Sequence record: MK599315.1
Strand: one strand, 5' to 3'
Length of the DNA: 64,000 nt
This document shows, one piece after another, positions 56,493 to 64,000 of the stretch. The translations under genes were made by a program, and so were the position numbers. Below the pieces are notes generated by a model. The model made no database searches. It was not told where the DNA came from and saw nothing but the letters and a program-made list of their open reading frames with translations. Each line of letters opens with the position of its first letter. Position 1 is the stretch's first letter.

Positions 56493-57500
56493 TTAATCAA
56501 TGGCTAATGGTGCTAGTTTTACCTGATATATACCTGATAACAATTGGCTTTTTAACATATATGCTCCACCACCAACTGGCATTTTAGATCCACCTGCAAT
56601 GATCATGCTATTATCTGGACCTTTGGCTATAGATGAAATATTAAGGAATCCAATACCTAGTTCAAATGGTTCAGCCCATTTCCGGCGTCTAATATTAAAA
56701 CGCTGTGCAAACATTTTAGTTACACCACCGACATCAACTGCATTAAGGTAATTAAAATATTCCCCATCTACATAACCATTACCTTGCCATATTGTTGCTT
56801 TGTCAATAGGTATTATTAGCCATGGTGTTAGTTCCCATACAAGTGTAGTAACATTGTATCTATAGACTTCTAAGTTTGGTATGTTCTTAGTATTATCCCA
56901 GCCACCAAAATGATAGAAATAACCATTATAATAAAATAATTGTTGACCTGACCTAGGTCCACCGCTATAGTCTTGACCGCCGAGCCAGTTCTTACTCGAT
57001 GGTTTTAATCGCATGGCGTTTGCACCAACTGGATTAACACACATAATAAGATCATTGCCATCAGACGCTGACGCAGTTCCCCATAATGCACCAGGGCCAC
57101 TATAACGCTCAACGCGACTACCTGTGCTTATATCAAAATGTTGTATAAAGTTAGAAGTACCTGTACCCCCATCACCTGCTGCGTTCCATCCAGTAATACC
57201 ACCATAAACAATAAAGTTATTTTTATGTAATGTACCAAATCCAAGTGATACACCCGGTAAAAATGTACCAGATGCTGTCGCGCTTATCTCTGCAAATGGG
57301 TTTATAGTGAACTGTCTGAAAACAGTTGCCGCTGATTGTCCTTCCGTATGATGTCCGGATCCAACATATAACGTATTTCCATCTACGTACGACATCGTAC
57401 CTGCCAATGCTACTGGTAGGTCACCTAATTTTACAATTTCATTGAATCCAACCAAGGGTGTTTCGTTGTCTAAACCTGATGATAATAGTAATTCAAACAT
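56493..57500 (-). CDS. kelch-repeat beta-propeller protein
   Basis: Repeats LYVGSG, FIVYGG, FYHFGG, MIIAGG; starts MFELLL; similar to the N-terminal propeller of 52654-54510. Confidence 0.85.
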   Translation of the reverse strand: MFELLLSSGLDNETPLVGFNEIVKLGDLPVALAGTMSYVDGNTLYVGSGHHTEGQSAATVFRQFTINPFAEISATASGTFLPGVSLGFGTLHKNNFIVYGGITGWNAAGDGGTGTSNFIQHFDISTGSRVERYSGPGALWGTASASDGNDLIMCVNPVGANAMRLKPSSKNWLGGQDYSGGPRSGQQLFYYNGYFYHFGGWDNTKNIPNLEVYRYNVTTLVWELTPWLIIPIDKATIWQGNGYVDGEYFNYLNAVDVGGVTKMFAQRFNIRRRKWAEPFELGIGFLNISSIAKGPDNSMIIAGGSKMPVGGGAYMLKSQLLSGIYQVKLAPLAID

Positions 57501-57623
57501 GAGTATGCTCTCAAGTAAACCATTTTAGATCATAGGATAACCTTTGCGGTTCAGATATTTATTTTATTGTCATAGACAGCATAATGCTCCCCTATTTAAG
57601 GGAGGCATTATGCTTTATTAATT

Positions 57624-57700
57624 TGGTGGGCCCAGCAGGACTTGAACCTGCGACCAAGCGATTATGAGTCGCCTGCTCTAACCAACTGAGCTATAGACCC
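57624..57700 (-). tRNA. tRNA-Ile2(CAT) (lysidine type; would be auto-called Met)
   Basis: GGCGA-CTCATAA-TCGCT and overall body match the enterobacterial ileX-type tRNA; CCA. Confidence 0.85.
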
Positions 57701-57744
57701 TAATTCATTACCTACATATTAGTATACATAGGGTATTCTTAATA

Positions 57745-58092
57745 TCATGGACGATCTGTCCAATGTTTAAAATAGTTACTGTCACTAGGGCGGCCATGCT
57801 TGGCGAGAATGTTTTTAAGTTCTTCGCCAGACAACTTAATTCTATCGCCTACTGGACTATCCAGTTCGGGACAGGGTTCGGTCTTACGTGTGATGATTAG
57901 ATTGTCAGTTCCATCTTTGAAGATAAAGATAAACTGTGTTTCATTATCACTAATCTTTTTCTTAACGCAGTGTTTTACTTCCGGATGTTTCTTGTGAATA
58001 GCTGTAAAAGATTCAACAAGAGTTAGATTCATAAACTCGGGGCTAACAAAAGTGAAATATACAGCGTTTTGTGTTGGGGTTAGATGATTCAT
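57745..58092 (-). CDS. hypothetical protein
   Basis: GGAG RBS. Confidence 0.75.
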   Translation of the reverse strand: MNHLTPTQNAVYFTFVSPEFMNLTLVESFTAIHKKHPEVKHCVKKKISDNETQFIFIFKDGTDNLIITRKTEPCPELDSPVGDRIKLSGEELKNILAKHGRPSDSNYFKHWTDRP

Positions 58093-58094
58093 AT

Positions 58095-58400
58095 TTACTC
58101 CGTATGTTTGAGGTAGGACTCAATCGCTTTAAGACCTTTATTAAAGAACATGACTTCAACGTAAGTAATGTTACTTATACTCTCTTCGATAAGTTCCCAT
58201 TTGATACAACGTGTAATAGCGTTGATTGTAATATCTAATCCATTTGGGAATAGGGTTACTTCATCAGTCAGGCGAATCCAATCGGGAGCTTTCGCTCCAT
58301 CACGTAAGCGGGGACTAAACGTAAGATCGTAGAGTTTCTGCAATGGTTCTTTTAGTAGCGCTTTTTGTTCTTGATGTTCCATAATTTCTCTTAAAGACAT
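58095..58400 (-). CDS. hypothetical protein
   Basis: Packed ORF. Confidence 0.75.
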   Translation of the reverse strand: MSLREIMEHQEQKALLKEPLQKLYDLTFSPRLRDGAKAPDWIRLTDEVTLFPNGLDITINAITRCIKWELIEESISNITYVEVMFFNKGLKAIESYLKHTE

Positions 58401-58612
58401 TTGAAAATAAAAATAGAATACTCGTCAGGATTAGTAACTTTCAACGTATTCTCCGTTCGTAGTATCTCGTATCCACGGTACTTGTTTTCTAAAATATCTA
58501 GACGCGAAATACACTGCGCTTTATTTTCAAACTGGATAGTCGATTCTTCTGTGGATGTAATTCCAAACAACCCCACGTGAATCGCTAAAACAAACATTGT
58601 CGCGATGTTCAT
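58391..58612 (-). CDS. hypothetical exported/membrane protein
   Basis: ATG 58612; hydrophobic N-terminus. Confidence 0.6.
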   Translation of the reverse strand: MNIATMFVLAIHVGLFGITSTEESTIQFENKAQCISRLDILENKYRGYEILRTENTLKVTNPDEYSIFIFKCL

Positions 58613-58667
58613 GTTTATTATCCCGATGCAATATAATACCCTCCATAACGGAGGGCTTATATTTAAA

Positions 58668-58743
58668 TGGTCGGAGTGGAGAGACTCGAACTCCCGACAT
58701 CCTGCTCCCAAAGCAGGCGCGCTACCAACTGCGCTACACTCCG
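58668..58743 (-). tRNA. tRNA-Pro(TGG)
   Basis: CCTGC-TTTGGGA-GCAGG; C1-G72; CCA. Confidence 0.97.
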
Positions 58744-58749
58744 TAAATT

Positions 58750-58835
58750 TGGTACCCGGTGTCGGACTCGAACCGACACGGCTTTCGCCGAGAGATTTTA
58801 AGTCTCTTGTGTACTACCAATTTCACCAACCGGGC
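58750..58835 (-). tRNA. tRNA-Leu(TAA)
   Basis: AGAGA-CTTAAAA-TCTCT, long variable arm, CCA. Confidence 0.97.
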
Positions 58836-58875
58836 ATTTCTTCTCTATAAATAGAGGCTCCTCAGTATTATTCAA

Positions 58876-59052
58876 CATAAAGCCTCCCAGTGGGAGGCGA
58901 TATGCTCATCAACACAACAAGGAGAAAGATACAACTTACCAACTGAAAGGAGGGGATCACAACAGGGAGTCTTACTTCCTAGAAGCCAGCTGGAAGGGTT
59001 GCTGGCTCCGGCGCGCTGTGATCCTAGTAAAGATGAGGAGTGACATCTCTAC
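58876..59052 (-). ncRNA. candidate structured small RNA
   Basis: GTAATGATATGTA promoter-like motif at 59050-59062; three-way junction at 58954-59024; family hairpin at 58876-58904. Confidence 0.45.
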
Positions 59053-59074
59053 ATATCATTACATAGCTGGTAAG

Positions 59075-59827
59075 TTATTCTTCTTCGCTAACGAAAGCAA
59101 TACGCTCTTCGATATTTTCCAGAGTTATTACTTCATCGAAGTTCTCAGTAGAAACACTTGTGAAATTATGTTCTTTATCAATTTGCGCTAGTCCAATCTG
59201 CATCACTTTGCGAGCGTCTGGGCTAAGTCCATCAATACCTGCTGCTTCAATAGCAGCTTTATATCCAGTGAGGGTAGTAAGAGAAGACATGTTCTTTTCC
59301 TCTTTTTTGTTTCTTACATGAATGAAAATTATAGGTCCTTCAGATTTATACATTTCAAAACCTGGAGTTAGGATAATCTCATTATTAATATTTTTAGCTA
59401 CATAACCACCACGGATAACCTTGCTGATATAACTGTTCAAACCAGCACCACCATCAGCGAAGTATTTCATGTCCTGTAGTTGTATTTCAGTGATACTTTT
59501 TAATGTATAAAGATAAAACACCTCTCCACCGAATTCTACAAGCATCCAATCAGGACCATATTTGTAGCTCTTTACATTAGATCTACCGGAACGATTGTAA
59601 TATGTCCACATGTCGTCCGTATTATTAATAAGCTCGGTTATGGTGGGTGGCTGTATACCTTTATCAGAATCTGGTTCGACCCATACATCGTAAGGGCGAT
59701 CAGCGCGCGGGTTATTGACCTCATCAAATAACTGATTGATTAGATCATCCATTTCCGCTTCGAGAGATATCGCATATCGCAGCAAAAGGTTAATGTTAGG
59801 CATGGTTGTTACCTTTAGAATTGACAT
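59075..59827 (-). CDS. hypothetical protein with KTSC-like central segment
   Basis: SNVKSYKYGPDWMLVEF...YLYT...MKYFADGGAGLNSYIS. Confidence 0.7.
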   Translation of the reverse strand: MSILKVTTMPNINLLLRYAISLEAEMDDLINQLFDEVNNPRADRPYDVWVEPDSDKGIQPPTITELINNTDDMWTYYNRSGRSNVKSYKYGPDWMLVEFGGEVFYLYTLKSITEIQLQDMKYFADGGAGLNSYISKVIRGGYVAKNINNEIILTPGFEMYKSEGPIIFIHVRNKKEEKNMSSLTTLTGYKAAIEAAGIDGLSPDARKVMQIGLAQIDKEHNFTSVSTENFDEVITLENIEERIAFVSEEE

Positions 59828-59860
59828 AACATAAAGCCCTCCCGAAGGAGGGCAGTATGA

Positions 59861-60274
59861 TTACATGACTTCACGGGTACCATCTACCATTTCAAGAACA
59901 GTGATCGTTTTACCAACCTCTGGTTTCTTGTTAACGATAGTTTGCATTAGATGTTGCTTACCATCAGATTCGATAATCATCTTGCATTGGAATGTCTCTG
60001 TGGCACCCATTTCGTTTCCAACGGTGCCGCCAGCAGCACCTCCAACGAGACCACCGATCCAACCACCAGATTTACCAAAGATAGCACGACCGAGCATTGC
60101 ACCACCAACTGCGCCAGCTGTGCCACCGACAGTCGCACCAACGATGCTATTATCTTTAGCAATCAGTTGACATTCAGATTGCCTTACGATACCAGTTGTA
60201 GAAGACTTGATCTCCCCCGCTGCGATCGTGGTAAGAGGGAACATCAGAGTTACAGCGAGAGCGATCTTTTTCAT
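59861..60274 (-). CDS. exported glycine-zipper (2TM) protein
   Basis: Signal peptide; GATVGGTAGAVGGAMLG...GGLVGGAAGGTVG. Confidence 0.8.
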   Translation of the reverse strand: MKKIALAVTLMFPLTTIAAGEIKSSTTGIVRQSECQLIAKDNSIVGATVGGTAGAVGGAMLGRAIFGKSGGWIGGLVGGAAGGTVGNEMGATETFQCKMIIESDGKQHLMQTIVNKKPEVGKTITVLEMVDGTREVM

Positions 60275-61437
60275 TACAGGAAGTCCACATCAAACTCATC
60301 TTTCTCGCCACGAGTGTCAAGAAGGTTAACCATGTAGTCACCTTTCTCGGCTTCTTGCGGGGAGGCTTGGGTTGCAGAGATATCGAGATATTCAACCATG
60401 AATGGCAGAGGGTTATCTTCCGGGAATTCCAGAGGAACACCAGTCAGCTCCAGATATTCTGCCGAATGTTTCTCTAGGGTATCCGGAATGATGTTCAGGA
60501 AAGTACCGGCAGCATTACCGTTAAACAGTACCCACTGGAAAAGTTTCTGTGCGTTAACACCAGCAAGGCTACGACCTTCAGAGAACAGGTATTTAACCCA
60601 GGTAACTTCAGTACGGATGATTTCCCAGAACAGTTCGATGATCTGAGGTTTGCACTGCTCGTACGCAGTCATACCACGTTCGGTCTTCAACAGTGCCTTA
60701 ATTACTTCTTGGCCATATTGTGCATGGATCTCGAATTCATCCTGGGCGATCTTCTTAACCGCTTCACCAATCTGCTGGAACAGGCCAGTTTTACAAATAG
60801 CGAAAGTCACTGCAAACGATGCCATGAACTGAATACGTTCCAGCATATAAAGAGCAATGAAGAACATGAAGATCTTATTGTAAGTCTCCTGGTTATTCGG
60901 TACTTGCTTCAATGCATATGCGTGAGACGTGTCATGTGCTTCACCCATTACACGGGCAACAGCGACCATACGTTCTTGTGCTTCTTCAACACGCAGGATC
61001 TCATCGAGGATAACGCGAGGATTCTTAAACGAACCCCTCACAATCTCGGAATAAGTAAGAGCATGAACGTCTTCGTTATCGTTGATTCGAACGTAACCTG
61101 TCCAGATCCTAGAGTCGGTCATCACCGGACCAAGAATATTCACAATCGCTCGACTAGCTACAGAGTCAGCTTCCCATTGCCATGCAAGGGTCTTGATCAT
61201 CATGTCGTAAGTCGATTTATTACATGTTTCAAATTCGATAAGACATTGTTGGAAATCGAATTCCAATTCGTCCCAGTCAAGCTTACGTAGACGTTTGTAG
61301 AGAGACCATGGTACAGGGAAGTGGGTATGAATAGAATCTAGGAGTCCAGGTTCTTGACCAAGGATAATTTCGGGTACGTCATAGTCAGTCTTTTCTACGT
61401 TAAAAATTTTCTTGGGGAGCTTGTCAGTCATTTTCAT
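60274..61437 (-). CDS. nrdB: class Ia ribonucleotide reductase beta subunit
   Basis: WEADS, NEDVHALTY, LERIQFMASF, IAQDEFEIH di-iron motifs. Confidence 0.95.
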   Translation of the reverse strand: MKMTDKLPKKIFNVEKTDYDVPEIILGQEPGLLDSIHTHFPVPWSLYKRLRKLDWDELEFDFQQCLIEFETCNKSTYDMMIKTLAWQWEADSVASRAIVNILGPVMTDSRIWTGYVRINDNEDVHALTYSEIVRGSFKNPRVILDEILRVEEAQERMVAVARVMGEAHDTSHAYALKQVPNNQETYNKIFMFFIALYMLERIQFMASFAVTFAICKTGLFQQIGEAVKKIAQDEFEIHAQYGQEVIKALLKTERGMTAYEQCKPQIIELFWEIIRTEVTWVKYLFSEGRSLAGVNAQKLFQWVLFNGNAAGTFLNIIPDTLEKHSAEYLELTGVPLEFPEDNPLPFMVEYLDISATQASPQEAEKGDYMVNLLDTRGEKDEFDVDFL

Positions 61438-61560
61438 TTCCTTGTTAATATCAAGATTACTTACACTTGATATAGAACGTTAGTAATTCTTCTAATTAAT
61501 AAAGTGATGTTAATGTTTGTTATCATAAAGCCCTCTCCTAAAGGGGAGGGCGATATGTCG

Positions 61561-63845
61561 TTACAGAGTACAAGCTCCACCAGCGCAACCTTTGGAACCA
61601 TCGTTATTTTCAAACGCGGATTCTAATGCAGCAAGCGACAGATTAGCGGAAGTCTCGGTGTTCATGTAGTATCGAGTCTTCATACCAAGCTTAACCTGCA
61701 AGAAGTAGTCGCGAAGCATTTCGTTAGAGCTAATCTTCTCGTCGCCGATAATCCGACGATACAGGTCAGCAGAAATACCTTGGTCAGTCCACTTCTGGAA
61801 GATAGCGTAAGCTTCGATCATATCCTTAGTTGGAATATCGTAAGCAAGTTCATACTTGTACGCTTTATCATCACCAAACGGTGCAGCCCAGTTAATCAGG
61901 TTGTTATTGTCCGACTTGTTAATAACAAGACGACGAACCGGATAGATCGAGTTAGCACCGCCTACTGCTTTAGAGGATGCTTCACCAGGCATATATGCAA
62001 CGAGCACCGAGTGACCGATACCACCGTTAGCAATAATTTCCTTACGGAGTTTCTCCCAGTTATAAATGTTCTCAAACCCACCAGGTACGATTTCATCTAC
62101 ATTTCGCTTGTAGGTATCAAGAGGCAGCCAACCTTCAGGCCACAGAGTCTTATGCATCCATGGAGCAAGACCACGTTCTTTAGAGATACGCAGGGAAGCC
62201 TCGATCAGGTGATACATATGCCGTTCTGCAACAAAGTGCATTTCACGCTTACCAGCTTCGGAAGAATATGCCAGACCTGCACGGGCCATATGGGTAGCAA
62301 GACCCATGATACCGACACCAGCGCTCATACGCTGCTTAGCAGTGAAACCCAGGTGAGGGAAGGCGTATTCTGCATTGAGAATACAGTAGTCAATCATCTT
62401 CAGCGCATAATAAGCAGCTTTACGATAAGTTGCTGCATCTGGGATATTGTCAACAACAATAGCCGCCAGTGAACAGGTAGCAATCTCACCTCGACCATGG
62501 TCTTCCTCAGAATAGAGGTCACGCATGTCATAGTAAGGTTTTGTCGGTTCAGCAATTTCCATACAGAGGTTCGAACTATGAATCGGTTCTTTGAACGGGG
62601 TATGGCGATTCATTTCATCGATTTGAGCAGTATACGCAACACCAGTTTCATAGGCTTCGTTAAGAACCGTTTTTAGAAGATCCCGTGCATCGATGTAGGT
62701 CTTAGCAAAGTTCGGATCGGCTTCATACTTTTCATAGAGCTCTTTGAACTTAGCTTGGTCTTTACCGTAGAATGCTTCGAACAGGTCAGGTGCAGTATAC
62801 GGGTTAAATACGAAGACCTTTTCATTCTTAGCTGCTTTAGCTGCGAACAGAACGTTACCCATTGCTGCATAGTGAAGATCACGATTCTTACGGTCTTCAG
62901 TAGAGCGAGGGTTACGGAGTTGGGAGATCATATCCGCTTCTGGGTCAAAGAGACTATAGAAGCTAGTTACAGCACCGCCACGACCATTTTGCAGGTTAGC
63001 TCGAACAGCCTTACCCATTACATCGATGTAAGGTTTCTTACCTTGGTGAACGATGAGACCATTACGTACAGGATCCCCAACAGAACGGGACATGATGTTT
63101 ACACCAATACCAGCCGAAGACTGGGTCATGATGTTCGCGATGTAGTCTCCGATAGCCAACGAAGTACCGTTGTCGCCAGAAGCGAAGAGGCAGCAAGAAG
63201 CAAAGCCCCGCAGTACAGTACCAAGGTTAACGTAGTTAGGAGTCGCGCCGACAATTGTTTTTGAGAGAACAATTCATAATAGTTCTTCACATGTTCCAGC
63301 CGCTCAGCTTTAGGTTCTTTCTCAGAAAGAGCCATTGCCATCCGCATGTATGTAAACTGCTGAGTTTCATACTCTTTCCCAGACACGCGATTACGAAGGG
63401 AATACTTACCACGGATATGGTGGAGAGCGAAATGAGGGGAATTGAAATCAAGATCATGATCAATCATCTCCTGGATAGCCTGATATTCATCATCGCTATA
63501 ATCCAGTTTGATCATTACTCCATCTTCATGCATTTTGGCATGAAGTTGTTTTACTGTCGGAATACCGTCCAGTCCATAGATTTTCTTACGCAGAAATACT
63601 GCGTACAGACGACCAGCCATTAGGTAATACGACCAGGTCTTACGATTAAGACATTCTTCGATCAGCCAACCCTGGAACTCCTGAGATGTAACCTTTTTGG
63701 GCTTACCGCTTACAGCACCTAGTACGATACTACCCCAGTCAACTTTGTTGCCCAGACGTGCCGCTGCCCACTCGCCCCAGCCATTTGCTTTCTCGTTATC
63801 GAAGGGTTGTTCAGTGCCATCCAGTTTGATAATAGTTTCAATCAT
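61561..63845 (-). CDS. nrdA: class Ia ribonucleotide reductase alpha subunit, split by a 1-bp deletion at 63244-63245
   Basis: N-terminal cone-like region; restoring one base gives LSAPTPNYVNLG...FASCCLF; SSNLCMEI, TCSLAA, YMPGEASS, QGISADLY, KTRYY. Confidence 0.93.
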
Positions 63846-64000
63846 CTCTATTTTTCCAGTTGTTTATTGCGTAAAACGTAAGTTGATGAATTCTAACATA
63901 ACTAAAACCACGCAAGTATTTTTACGATCATTTAGTTTTAAATAAGTTAAAATCTTCTAACAGCATACCATACAACACCTAAAAAGAAGAACTACTCAGA

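Noticed and set aside
57624-57700. tRNA-Met or suppressor tRNA
   Set aside because: The body matches the ileX-type Ile2 tRNA. No tRNA in the window has a CTA/TTA/TCA suppressor anticodon, and genes end normally at TAA, TGA and TAG, so there is no sign of stop-codon recoding.
63126-63260. Intron, intein or programmed split in nrdA
   Set aside because: There is no inserted sequence; one missing base restores the conserved SAPTPNY motif, and the same error type occurs elsewhere in the window.

Overview
A 64-kb segment of a lytic jumbo phage genome. It is most consistent with a phiKZ-related Pseudomonas phage, based on repeated TATATTAC early-promoter and TATG late-promoter motifs, a Pseudomonas-type tRNA-Asn and phiKZ-type virion protein paralogs. 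This is inference: no chimallin or RNA polymerase gene lies in the window. Genes are on the + strand from 1 to about 44.9 kb and on the - strand after a convergent terminator at about 44.9 kb. The left end is a repair/anti-defence block: RtcB, a Prs-like plus Nampt-like pair with the NARP1 (Adps/Namat) architecture, and a DRB0094-type RNA ligase. About 85 small, mostly hypothetical early-type ORFs follow, including several paralog families, a Mesh1-like HD hydrolase, a GNAT, an SPFH protein, a CX5R phosphatase, an ART-like protein, a BCS1-like AAA ATPase and an Ntn-hydrolase-like protein. The right part holds eight intact tRNA genes interleaved with four kelch beta-propeller genes, and ends with nrdB and nrdA. 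Main observations: (1) a host-like tRNA-Asn split at its anticodon by a 748-bp cassette carrying an HNH endonuclease and a replacement long-variable-arm tRNA-Asn; (2) several unannotated, strongly structured intergenic RNA candidates (about 43.1-43.5 kb, 41.9-42.1 kb, 58.9-59.05 kb, 47.5-47.6 kb), some preceded by the same promoter motif as the tRNAs; (3) a modular kelch/tRNA array with conserved cassette junctions and a shared MFExLL N-terminus. At least four genes, including nrdA, carry 1-bp deletions in short homopolymers, probably sequencing errors.
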